A stretch of DNA of 63,777 nucleotides, the filler included, from Reticulomyxa filosa (lineage: Eukaryota; Protista; Foraminifera): NCBI GenBank assembly GCA_000512085.1. It is 26 parts of 26 records of this genome, joined end to end, with 100 filler letters (N's around TTAATTAATTAA, not from the genome) between each part and the next. Parts side by side here need not be neighbours in the genome. Positions count along the whole stretch, not along the records: positions 51,781 to 52,896 come from ASPP01003184.1; positions 52,997 to 55,608 come from ASPP01003338.1; positions 55,709 to 56,879 come from ASPP01012204.1; positions 56,980 to 57,979 come from ASPP01050649.1; positions 58,080 to 61,233 come from ASPP01018604.1; positions 61,334 to 63,777 come from ASPP01023023.1; 20 more parts are not named here. The stretch is one strand, 5' to 3'. A model generated the notes under the pieces. The model saw only the letters and a program-made list of their open reading frames with translations, was not told the DNA's origin and did not search any database. A program made the translations under genes and the position numbers. Positions 51,781 to 63,777 of this stretch are shown here, one piece after another (the first letter of the stretch is position 1; each line of letters begins with the position of its first letter).

Positions 51781-52216
51781 ATTTCAAGAAACTTTACCCA
51801 GTCCATTATGGGTATGTGTTACAATATTGAGTGATGACAACACGTATGTGCACATCATTGGAGGATATGATGGAGAACAAGATATGCCAACACACATTAA
51901 AACTGAAGTGGGTAAATGGTTGAGTAAAGAAGAAATCAAAAAAGGAATTCAATTGAAAGTGAAAGAAGAGGACAAGGGAAAGAAACAAGGTAATGATAAG
52001 GGAGAAAATAAAAAGAAAGAAGATGAAGAAGAAAAGAATAAAAAGGTAGAAGAACAAAAAGAGCAAAGAGGGCAAGAAGAACAAGAAGAACAAGGAGGGC
52101 AAAAAGAGCAAGGAGGGCAAGAAAAGCAAGAAGAAAAAGAAGAAAAGAAAAATAAAATGGAAACAATAGTAAAAAAAGAAATAAACGAACAACAAAATAA
52201 AGTTAAAAAAAAATGA
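51781..52216 (+). CDS. C-terminal fragment of a lineage-expanded kelch-like protein with an E/Q/K repeat tail
   Basis: LSDDNTYVHIIGGYDG...HIKT matches LGEDDTYVHIIGG...THMKT in the copy at 53027-54235. Confidence 0.6.
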
Positions 52217-53026
52217 CAATGTCGAGCATTATCTCATTAAATTAATATAATTTATTACTATTTTTTGTTGAAATAGAACGCAAATGAAATAGATGAATAA
52301 ACAAGAAAGAAAGAATATAATGAAGATTACGTCAATGTTATATATAATTCATAATAAGTTTGTTAAAATCATATATCCATCATAATTAAATTTTTAATTT
52401 CCAAATCCAATTTTCGACGGTGATTTAAATCTCTTCTTATAACTGATTCAATCATAAATATAATAGACACAATTAACAAGGCTTATAAAAAATTGAAATA
52501 AAGCTTTTTGCGTTAAAACCTCGAAGATAGTCATCTTTTTGATTTTTTAAGATTTTATTAGACGTAAACTTTTTTTTTTATAAAAAAGCCAAAAACAACT
52601 TAAATAAGGAACATAAAAAAATTTGTTTTATTACTATTTTGTCAAATAAATCCTGATAACTCTTCAACTAAACATTCATTACCATCTATAATTAATGCAG
52701 CTTTATGTTTATTCACTTTTAAAAAACAAGCAAAAAAAAAATTTTTATTTAAACAACCTTTCCAACAAAATAAAAAAAGTTGCACAATATAGCAACAAAC
52801 TAAAAAAAAAAGCATAATCCTAAAAAAAAATAAAAAATTAAGTTTAAATTAACACCCTTGGGAAAAACAGAAAATAAAACAAAATATATTCGCCAGNNNN
52901 NNNNNNNNNNNNNNNNNNNNNNNNNNNNNNNNNNNNNNNNTTAATTAATTAANNNNNNNNNNNNNNNNNNNNNNNNNNNNNNNNNNNNNNNNNNNNTATG
53001 ATTTATAGTTATTTTAATGTGGTCCT

Positions 53027-54235
53027 TCAAAATTTATTGCATTCTACTGATTTGATAATAATTTTATCGAAATCATTGATCCATACTAATTTTATCTTTA
53101 AAGTTCGAATCCAATATTGAATAATAAATTTTATTTCATGTTTTGACTGTTCATTATTATTTGCAATTAATTTCATACAATAAAATTTATTGTATTTAAT
53201 CACAAAAAAACACATTTACCAATTGTGGAGAATCCCATGCGCGTACTTTTGTCTTCATATGAGTTAATACTGCTGTCTTTTTATCATTTTGTCCTCCAAT
53301 GATGTGTACATAAGTGTCATCTTCACCTAGTGTTGCAACACAATAATATAATCGACTGGGCAAAATGTTTTCAAATATTATCCATTTATCTTCTTTAATT
53401 GACCCATTTATGCACAGATTTTAAAACAGCACATTCATCATTATTCCATCCACCAAATAGCAAGATGATATTATTGACACACATATGCATAATGATTGAA
53501 CGGTGCAATATCATCACAAACATGTAGTTGACGAAATTGAAAAGTGTTGTTATTTTCATATTCTATTGATAATCCTGTCTTTACACAAAACAGTGTCATC
53601 TGGTTATTTTTTTTATTTATTTTTATTATTTCTTGTCTTTTTTTGATTTTGATACAAAGCAATGACCGCTAATAAAATCCTCGGTTGGTAATTTGTCATG
53701 TTTAATAAATTGAAATGTGTTTAAATTAAACACACTAAATCATTATCAAAAAAAGTGGTAAATAACAAATGGCTGTTGCCTCCACCAATCACTGCACGCA
53801 CTCCACGATAAAATGATTTTCATCTCTTCCAATAATAATTGTGCAATTATTATTGTCTGTGAAAGGAATCCATTGATTGTAATTGTTGAATTCATTTGAT
53901 TTGTTTAATTTATTTGATATATTACTCCAAACACTTACATATTTCACCATCAATGTATGTTTACAACGTCCACCAAAAGACAACAAAGTGATTTGATTGT
54001 TGTCTTTGTTATTATCTACCAGCTTCACTATACAGTGTCCATCTAATCTAGCATGACTTGGATACTCACATATAAATTTGTATTCGTTTTTGAATGAATG
54101 GTAAGAATAACAAGCTCTTTGTTCATTACCTCCACAAATGAGGAATTTATGTTTGCGCAGCACCCATTGAGATTGAAAAATTAGAGTGAGTAAATTCTTT
54201 AAACTTTGAAAGGGAGTTGCGTTTTGATTACCCAT
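53027..54235 (-). pseudogene. Kelch-like beta-propeller family pseudogene
   Basis: MGNQNATPFQSL, LICGG, LLSFGG, IGGNSHLLF, ILLFGG, HIIGG; frameshifts; ends IIQYWIRTLKIKLVWINDFDKII. Confidence 0.7.
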
Positions 54236-54639
54236 GTTAATGTTGCGAATTTTTTCTAAAAAAGGAGGACGTGACATGACCTTTGAAAAAACAAAAAAAA
54301 ATGTTTTACACGGAATAAAATATTCAACAAAAATGGCTTGTTCCCTTATAAGAAAGACAAAGGCGTGTGATCTACTAATCAAGAAACTTGGTGCAGAATT
54401 TTCTTTGACATTCTTTTGTTTTGAAATTATATATCTTCTCCATTGTCATAAATTTAAAGTCGTCATACATCTTAATCAATTATTGAAAAAAAATATATTG
54501 AAAGAACGTATTATTTTTAATGAAAACAAATTTCAACATAGCGAATGTTGATAAATTTTAGTTTGATCTTTGCTCGTCTTTAGTATAGTATTAATCTATT
54601 GCCACTTACTTTTTGCAAAAGAAAGAGAATGAAATATTT

Positions 54640-54864
54640 GCATTCGATCCATATTTGGCAGAAATGGGCATATACCAAATAACAATCTACACAAAACAGT
54701 AAAATGACTTTAGAACCATCCAATGAAAATTGTATTACTTGTATAATATCTGAATGTCCTTTTAATATTTAGATCTATTTTTCAGTCAGAACATCTCACA
54801 ATTGAATTGTCTTATCTGAATAAGATGCAATTATAGTACCGTCTGAAAAAAATCTTGTTTCGGT
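54640..54864 (-). pseudogene. WD40 relic abutting a MITE
   Basis: FSDGTIIASYSDKTIQL*DV...LKGHSDIIQVIQFSLDGSK, with stops. Confidence 0.6.
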
Positions 54865-54866
54865 TA

Positions 54867-55056
54867 CAGTAGGTTGCAAAGAAAACTGAACGCCTAAAAC
54901 ATATCTTATGATGATAATTGATTTTCTCAATGAAAATCAACATTTAGACATAATTATTTTTTTAAAAAAATATCTACAAATGTTGACTTTTCATTGATAA
55001 AATCAATTATCATCATAAGATATGTTTTAGGCGCTCAGTTTTCTTTGCAACCTCTG
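54867..55056. mobile_element. Second copy of the Tc1/mariner-type MITE, longer arms, TA-flanked
   Basis: TA-CAGTAGGTTGCAAAGAAAACTGAACGCC...GGCGCTCAGTTTTCTTTGCAACCTCTG-TA. Confidence 0.9.
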
Positions 55057-55765
55057 TATAATGAAATGTTAATAGCTATCACAGTTCTCAGTATATTTTT
55101 GTAATAATATCAAATTTTGTGTATCTTTATATATATACACTGTATATATTCCTTAAGGATTTTTTAAGGTACCATTTTTTATCTTGATATGCTATATTTT
55201 CGTACTGGATCAAAAAAGGAAAAAAAGATAAAAAGCAAAAGTATTTGTTTGTATCAGGCGTCGTAGAACGACGCCGGATATAAACCATTACTTTTTCATT
55301 TTTTTGCCTTTTTTTCCTTTTTTTTTGGTAATGTTGAAGCATATTATTTAAATACAGTAAGATAAAAAAGAAAGTATTAAATGGTCCTTTTTTGTGAATT
55401 ATTGTCTTTACTGTTCACCAAAAATTTTTAATTTGATTTAAATCAGGAAATTCATTGTTTTTTTTTTGTTTTAACCATTTCATAATTTTTTCCGATTTAT
55501 GGCATGTTGTATTATCTTGCTGAAAATCCAATCATCTTTATTTTCTAAGCAGCAATTGACGTTCTTTAGATTTCGTCAGATAAAATTTCTTTATATATAT
55601 CAGTATTTNNNNNNNNNNNNNNNNNNNNNNNNNNNNNNNNNNNNNNNNNNNNTTAATTAATTAANNNNNNNNNNNNNNNNNNNNNNNNNNNNNNNNNNNN
55701 NNNNNNNNAAAAAAAAAAAAAAAAAAAAAAAGAGGAAGGGGGAAACATAAAAGAAACATACTTAC

Positions 55766-55938
55766 AAAGTGTGACTCTGATTCCACAGTGGGTCCGTAGT
55801 TCTATGTTTCTTGGCTTTACCTTTCCAAGTCAGCGAAGGATCCTTTACATTACCATTTTGTAATTCAACTTTGAAATAAGAATTGCAACGCGGGAGGCCA
55901 GAGGCCTCTACGACTCGCACATGTAGCCATGAGGACAT
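55766..55938 (-). CDS. C2-domain protein, first exon (not in the ORF track)
   Basis: MSSWLHVRVVEASGLPRCNSYFKVEL...TTDPLWNQSHT, then a GTAAGT donor. Confidence 0.7.
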
Positions 55939-56213
55939 GTTGGTTGGCTGGTTTAAAAACGTTTTTTGTAAAGAATTTCAGCTTTGTTTTTTAAAAAATA
56001 GGGCGTGGTACCCTTGTATGGAAAATAATCAAACAGTCGAATCAATTAAGATAAATATAATTTTTTGAAAGGTTATTCAACAACAAGACGCAAATGTCAG
56101 TAAAATCACTTGTTTCAAACTAATAAAAAAAGACCAGAGTTCAGGGCCTGTCGAACGCTTAATAAAGGGAAATTTTTTTTGTTAAGACATCAATCATTTT
56201 CCTCTCACTCAAA

Positions 56214-56758
56214 ATGTCGAGCAAAAGCGCGCAATTAGTGCCAAAAGAGGTCGGACAAGCCGCTATACGGCTAAAAAATGGTTTGAAAATTCGTTTTTTT
56301 TTCCCAGTAGTTGCTGTCTTTTTTTGTTAGCTGTACCGACACAATTGACAAGAAGCCGTGTGGGGGGGGGGGGGGGAAAAAAAGTTGCACGAAAGACACC
56401 TCTTCTTCAGAGCAGTTACTTTGGCAAAAGAATTGGAGATGTGCAAGTCTACTTTAAACCCGAGTGTATGCAGCGTTGTGGAGTATTCAAATTTCGCGGT
56501 GCGTACAACGCGGTGTCTCAAGTGCCAAGCGACATAACTACAGTAGTAACACATTCAAGTGGTAACCATGCGCTAGCATTGTGCAAGGCGGCGCGTTTAT
56601 GCAACAAAAAAGCGCACGTGATAATGCCAGAAAACAGTTTGCTCGCCAAAAAAGAGACTGTGAAAACATATGGGGGTGTCATTACACTGTGCGATAACAC
56701 TCTAAAATCGCGCGAAGAAACAACAGATCAAATTATACGTGAAGTCTATCAAAACAAA
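56214..56758 (+). CDS. Serine racemase / threonine dehydratase (PLP fold II), 5' part
   Basis: KTPL, FKPECMQRCGVFKFRGA (PLP lysine), HSSGNHA, VIMP, YGG. Confidence 0.88.
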
Positions 56759-57518
56759 GTACTTTTTTTATTATACGTATATATGTATATATGTGCACTT
56801 TTTTGTTGTTGTTTTTTTTTTTTTAGAGTCTCAAAGAAAAGATAAAAACTATTATTTTAAAAAAAAAAAAAAAAAAAAANNNNNNNNNNNNNNNNNNNNN
56901 NNNNNNNNNNNNNNNNNNNNNNNTTAATTAATTAANNNNNNNNNNNNNNNNNNNNNNNNNNNNNNNNNNNNNNNNNNNNTTTTATTTTTCTGGAAATTTT
57001 TAAAAAATTATAATTCTGGAGCCAGTAGAAAAAATATTTACGAAGTTAATATGCTTTGAATGATGAAATATATAATAAATAAAATGTATATTTAAATTTT
57101 TTACAAACCTTTTGATGGAATTTCTTTATAATTTGTCACTGGAATCACTAATCTATATATTGTACAAAATTTCAAACGTTGCATCAATGATTTTGGACTC
57201 CAACAGCAACTCACTGTGCAAAGCAAATTCGTACCGACACGTCATGATGTATGTTCGTCTACTGTTTCGACAGTCCAATCAATGTCCAGTCCAACTTCCC
57301 ATTGTCTTCGAAAATACATCCACATGATGATCATAATAGACCCAAACATCACACCAATGAACAGCACTAGTCACTAGCACAAATGGATGCTCATTAGTTT
57401 ATTGCGCAACTTCTGGCTCACAGTAATATTGTTTTGTCGTTCTAAGTTATTCACTTTTTTTTTTTTTAAAAAATATACATATGTATATTTAAAAAAAAAA
57501 GTTTGCATGTGCGAAGCA

Positions 57519-57979
57519 TTAACATGCTTTAATGTCATTTCCACCATACGTATAAAACACAGTATTTTTATCATCGAACTTGCGATCTTCATTGTCGACA
57601 GTAGAGTTAGTTGGGTTCAAAGTGATGAGTATGTCCCTTTGCAACAGCTGCTCGCACAATAGAACAGCATGACGACGAGTGCTGTATTTGAAGTTGAGTT
57701 TGGTGTAATTGGAAAGGACCCAATCGACGATCTCCTTGCTTGTCACGCAGTCGTCGAAGCGTTCATAGAAATGAACGTAATTTTTCAGCGCGAGTTTGCG
57801 ATTCAATTGACGCTATAGATTTTGCACCTCCATGGCAGATAAGTGCGTCTGTTCCGCCCAGTCTCCATCGCCAGTTTCGAATTTGAGTGAATGCAAGTCT
57901 TCATCGTTTTCATCTTCCAAAAAGGTGGTGAAGTAATTCATGAATAGTTTTTGAAGTTCAAAGGGGACGATCAACGAGG
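57519..57979 (-). CDS. DEP-domain protein, C-terminal part; in-frame TAG at 57813-57815
   Basis: FDDCVTSKEIVDWV...TRRHAVLLCEQLLQRDIL...FDDKNTVFY. Confidence 0.7.
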
Positions 57980-58079
57980 NNNNNNNNNNNNNNNNNNNNN
58001 NNNNNNNNNNNNNNNNNNNNNNNTTAATTAATTAANNNNNNNNNNNNNNNNNNNNNNNNNNNNNNNNNNNNNNNNNNNN

Positions 58080-59129
<1,050 letters not shown>

Positions 59130-59131
59130 TC

Positions 59132-59428
59132 ATGCGACGCCTGACCCTGGTGCTATTGGTGTTACTTGCCGCCTTGCAGTGGCCGCTGTGGCTGGGCAAA
59201 GGCAGCTGGCTCAGGGTCTGGCAGCTTGATAAACAGGTAGAAGAGCAGCGTGCGGCCAACTTGGTACTGGTTCGCCGCAACGCTGCACTGGATGCCGAAG
59301 TACGTGATCTAAAGCAAGGAACGGCGGCAATAGAAGAGCGCGCCCGCAACGAACTTGGCATGATTCGCCAAGGTGAGGTATTTTTCCAGCTTCTAGATAC
59401 GGCCAATGCGGGCAACAATAAGCCATAG
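59132..59428 (+). CDS. ftsB: Cell division protein FtsB
   Basis: [12 protein letters not shown]...[21 protein letters not shown]; directly follows eno. Confidence 0.95.
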   Translation: MRRLTLVLLVLLAALQWPLWLGKGSWLRVWQLDKQVEEQRAANLVLVRRNAALDAEVRDLKQGTAAIEERARNELGMIRQGEVFFQLLDTANAGNNKP

Positions 59429-59503
59429 CAGGCATTGACGCCCCCGCGGCCACTACCGATAACGATATAAATGGCAGGCTACAAAGGCTACAGGGTCTGG
59501 TCT

Positions 59504-61233
59504 ATGACGACACACAATCCCATCGATACCGCGCGGGAAACGCTGAAACAGCTCACCATGCGCAAGCTGTTGCCCACACCGGACAACTTCGAGCGTGTGT
59601 ACTGCGAGATCGCCCAGCTTCCTTCCGAAGCACGCAAGAACAAACTGGCCGAATTGCTGCTGCGTGCATTCGAAACCCTGCCGGTCGCCGAGTCTGCCTA
59701 CAAAATCGCCCTGACCAAACTGCGCAAGGCGGTGGAAGACGAAAAGTGGGAGCTGGTGCCACAACTGGCGATGGACCTCACCATCCTGCACCAGCGTAGC
59801 CGCGAAATTCGCAGAACTGGGGCCAGCTGGTGCTGGACCTGATCCGCGCCTGGGAAACCCGCACCCCCGACATGGGGCAGCGCTACAAGCAGTCGGCGCT
59901 GGAACGCGTGGTGGCCACCTTTGGCAACAACCCCGACGAGCTGAATGAAAAGCTCAGCAACCTGTCGCGCAGCTGGCTGCAAGCCGGCAGTGCCGCACAG
60001 GCGCCCGGCATTGAAGTAGCCGGCATCGACGAAGACACCCCTGCCCCGCAGGCTGCCGCCAGCCCGCTACTGGCAACCGCGGCGGCCAACCCTGCCGCCA
60101 GCCAGTGGCAAGCGTGGCAGGAGGTGCTGCAGTACGCCCTGAAGTTCGGCATCGAACCGCGCCTGGTGCACTACCCGGAGATGATGCCGCTGTTTGACGA
60201 GGTGCAGCAGGCACTGCAGGCCGTGCGCAGCGACGACGCCATCACCGGTTTCTTTCCGGCCCTGCGCGCGTTTCTGATCCGTCTGGAGCTGGTATCGCAA
60301 GACGACAAGCGCTTGGTATCCGGCCTGTCCGGCCTGATGCAGCTGATGCTGCAAAACGTGGCCGAGCTGAACCGCTCCGACAGCTACCTGGTAGGCCAGA
60401 TCGCCAGCCTGCAGCAGATCCTGTCGCAACCGAATATCTCGATCCAGCACATCTACCAGCTGGAATCCAGCCTGAAGGAAGTGATCCACAAGCAAGGCAG
60501 CTTGCGCCATTCGCTGGACGAAGCCACCAGCTCGCTGCGCGCCTTGCTGGACACCTTCATCGACAAGCTGTCGCTGATGACCGACCACACCGGCGACTTC
60601 CACCAGCGCATCAGCGGCCATAGCGAGCGCATCAAGCAATCGCAGAACGCCGGCGAACTCACCAGCATCCTGCAAGACCTGCTGGCCGACACCGCCAGCA
60701 TGCAAAGCAACCTGAAGCAGTCGCACAGCGAACTGGTGGCCGCACGTCAGGACGTGCAATCGGCGCAGACCCGCATCAGCGAGCTGGAAAAAGCGCTGGA
60801 AGCCGCCAGCGCCAAGGTGAAGGAAGACCAGCTGACCGGCGCCTTCAACCGCCGCGGCCTGGAAGAACACTTCGACCGCGAAATCCACCGCGCCGAACGC
60901 AGCGGCCAGCCGCTGTCGGTAGCGCTGATCGATGTGGACAACTTCAAGCAGCTGAACGACCGCTACGGCCACCTCACCGGTGACGATGTGCTGAAGTACC
61001 TGGTAGACATGATGCACCACAGCCTGCGCACCTCGGACATCGTGGGCCGCTTCGGTGGCGAGGAATTCGTGGTGATCCTGCCCGACACCCCGGTGAACGA
61101 GGCGGTCGAGCTGGTACAGCGCCTGCAGCGCGAGCTCACCAAGAACTTCTTCCTGGCCAACCAGGACAAGCTGGTGGTTACCTTCAGTGCCGGCGTGGCG
61201 CTGTGGCACCGTGGCGAGCGCGACTGTGACGTG
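59504..61233 (+). CDS. Bacterial GGDEF diguanylate cyclase with a long helical N-terminus; frameshift near 59810, 3' truncated
   Basis: DQLTGAFNRR, IDVDNFKQLNDRYGH, RTSD (RxxD I-site), RFGGEEF. Confidence 0.9.
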
Positions 61234-62102
61234 NNNNNNNNNNNNNNNNNNNNNNNNNNNNNNNNNNNNNNNNNNNNTTAATTAATTAANNNNNNNNNNN
61301 NNNNNNNNNNNNNNNNNNNNNNNNNNNNNNNNNTCACTCCACGTATCATGTTGAGTCAGCAACGACTCTATTGAAAACGAGAACCAATTGTTATCGCTCT
61401 CATGGGATGCCGGTTACAGCTGCGATAATATGCCGTCTGTTGTGCTCATCATCAATACTGACACTCCAGCATTACGATTCAACTTCTCAAGTATCAACTC
61501 TCCGCGGATGTCTTTACGAGTTTGCTTTCTTTTGTTTAAATCTATCAATTACTTTTGTGTTTTTTAGATTATTAAATACGAATTCGAAAATTTTATCAAT
61601 GACTAACTTTTCTATTGAAAAGCTTACCAAATTTTAATGTGGACATTGAAAAAGAAAATGCAAATGCGTTTTTGTAACGTTTGGGATAGTTCAATCTAAA
61701 TTTTTAACTAATATACGAATCAAAAGGTACCCCAAATGATTTTCCAAAATAAAAAACTGACTTTTAGAAGAAATTCCTTGCGAAAAACGACTTATTGTCG
61801 ACGTCAATAATGACCAACAAAACCCGAAACGAACACAAACAATATTTAGTTAATGTGAATGCAGGTGTGCACTCAAAAGAAATGAAAAATTCAATCTAGA
61901 AAAATCAAAAAGACATTTTCTCAAAAATTTTTATTATTGCAACTGTAAAGACAATCAATATTTTTTTTTTACAAGTTAAAGATAACTTGAAAACAAAACA
62001 AGACAAATGGATCAATATATTTCATTCAATTACATCTACTTTTCGTGCATTGATCTTTTTTTGTGAATTTTGTTTCGGCATAAACTAAAAGGTCAAAGCA
62101 AC

Positions 62103-62396
62103 TCAATTAGGAATAATCCGCACTTCAAAAATACGGGTGCCTGCTTCTACATATTCTATAAGCTCTTTTACAGTTACTATTTCAGCACAATTGGCATTAC
62201 CACGATAGAAATGCACAGCATAGCCCCCTTTCGATTCAGCAAATAAGCCATAGTCCTTTTCTAGGGCCAGTTCTTTAAGATCGTTCATAGATTTATGATT
62301 TAATTCTCCACGAGTGAAAGTGAAGAGTGTCCATTCATCTCCGCTCACTATTTCCACAAAGGTTATTCTACTCGACTTGCAGCACGCACAACCCAT
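62103..62396 (-). CDS. Small protein with a predicted myristoylation/palmitoylation start (MGCACCK) and a possible beta-grasp fold
   Basis: Intact 97-aa ORF; MG plus Cys cluster; alternating beta/alpha pattern. Confidence 0.45.
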   Translation of the reverse strand: MGCACCKSSRITFVEIVSGDEWTLFTFTRGELNHKSMNDLKELALEKDYGLFAESKGGYAVHFYRGNANCAEIVTVKELIEYVEAGTRIFEVRIIPN

Positions 62397-62863
62397 TATG
62401 TTATATCACCTGTTGTGAACACAAGCTAGGAAGATAATTTAAGGGTCTTTGTTGTGATTCTCAATTAAAAAGGGGGCCAAAAACAATAAATTTTGGAGGG
62501 CTTCTCTTTTAGTTACTGGTGATAGAATAAATTTGAAAGTTCTTAAGATCAATTCACAGCTCTGAAAAATTGAGGGAAACAGCAGAGATAACTTTTTGTA
62601 GATATAAACATGAAGTACTGCTTTTGTCTGTACAACCGCCTTAAAAAATATCGGATTAGCTGTGGAACTTTCTTTTGAATTTCAATTTACATACATTTTT
62701 CTTGTATAATCATAAAAACAAGTGGCAGCTATATTGCCAAGCAAATTGTTTTTGACACTCAGGGCATCATTCAAGACCGAACAATACAGCCCAAGTAGCA
62801 AAAAATGTGCAAATTATTTCGAAAATAAGGCAAAACATGGGAAAAAAAAATGATAATCAAAAT

Positions 62864-63685
62864 TTACCAAGGCGAGCAATCTGGGTCGTAGCAATACTGA
62901 AAATAGCTCTCCAAATGTCCATTGTATGCAGTCATGATCGAAGTGTATGTAGTCAATCTGTTACGGTTCGGTTTGCCATTCAATACATTGAATAATGTTG
63001 GGATAGCAATTGCGTCTGGACCAACATCAGCCATGCAATCTTCAGCTGGATATCGGCGATCATCATATTTAGGAGGCTCTTCCCTATATTGTTATTTTTA
63101 TTATAAAAAAAACACTTAACCTTTCTCTGCCAACACAAATTGAATCAAAAACTAATGTTGTTTATATATTTGTGTCGCCATACCAGTGATCATAGTTTGT
63201 CTCCAAGACGTACCACGGAGCCTAAAACATTCAAATACAGCATAAAAACAACGACAATCAGACTCAAAAAAAAAAAAAAAAAAAAACAATACCCTTTGGC
63301 ATACTACACTTCCCTCTTTTTTTCTTCTCTCCCCTTTCGCAAAACTTGTTTGGTATCATTTGCAGGTAATCCGTGGGCGATATCCCAATAATCTTCCAGA
63401 GTGCGATTAGGTCCCATGGTAAGAACAGCTCCTTGTCCAGCCAGAGGTCCGCCAACGATTACGTATGCTGGACACATCAGTGGAGTATTCATAATAAAGT
63501 TTACTGCCGAATCGAAGCTGGTGTAGGTTTCAATCGCAAGTCGCGTTGTCAAAGCCAAAAATTGAAGGTCACTCTCTGGATGTGTATACCAATCCATCAA
63601 ATACTTGTCATAATTATCGTCAAAGCGTGTATCTACACTTATCGTCATCGCTTGCTCTCGCACTCCAGTCAACACACCAACGTAC
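62864..63685 (-). CDS. Acid ceramidase / NAAA-like Ntn hydrolase, C-terminal exons
   Basis: VGVLTG, ISVDTRF, PAYVIVGG...GAVLT, YVLETNYDHW, DDRRYPA, LFNVL..KP, TTYT, CYDPDCSPW. Confidence 0.88.
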
Positions 63686-63730
63686 CTTTACAAGAGGGGG
63701 AGAGAAAAGAGAGTTTGCACATACATACAA

Positions 63731-63766
<36 letters not shown>

Positions 63767-63777
63767 CAAAAAAAAAA

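Noticed and set aside
59800-59835. Programmed frameshifting in the DGC, zur, CoA-transferase or ALDH genes
   Set aside because: Isolated single-base indels with no slippery site plus structure; low-coverage sequencing error is simpler

Overview
This window is not one locus. It is 26 unplaced contigs joined by an artificial 100-bp linker (44 N, TTAATTAATTAA, 44 N), so nothing is syntenic across linkers. Most contigs are AT-rich, intron-rich eukaryotic DNA with (TA)n and poly-A/T introns. The expanded RING/TRAF-WD40, kelch-like and Gly-rich families resemble the foraminiferan Reticulomyxa filosa (inference). Three GC-rich contigs are bacterial co-assemblies: zur-cobW, a CaiB/BaiF CoA-transferase, and eno-ftsB-GGDEF. 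The best candidate for a new system is contig 2798-7406, a head-to-head pair of OAS/DZF-fold nucleotidyltransferase paralogues. Both replace the catalytic GS/DxD/D residues with GC, C-G-Y/N and H. One copy can be spliced onto HARE-HTH/winged-helix-like domains. Other notable items: a Tc1-type MITE family with a linked transposase relic, a QxxHH (delta-9-type) elongase, a cytosolic GT60 Gnt1-like enzyme, a TM-RGS protein, a TRAF7-like architecture, a short module shared by kelch and WD40 families, and a 75-bp micro-inversion in a WD40 pseudogene. All family calls come from motif recognition by eye; no searches were run.
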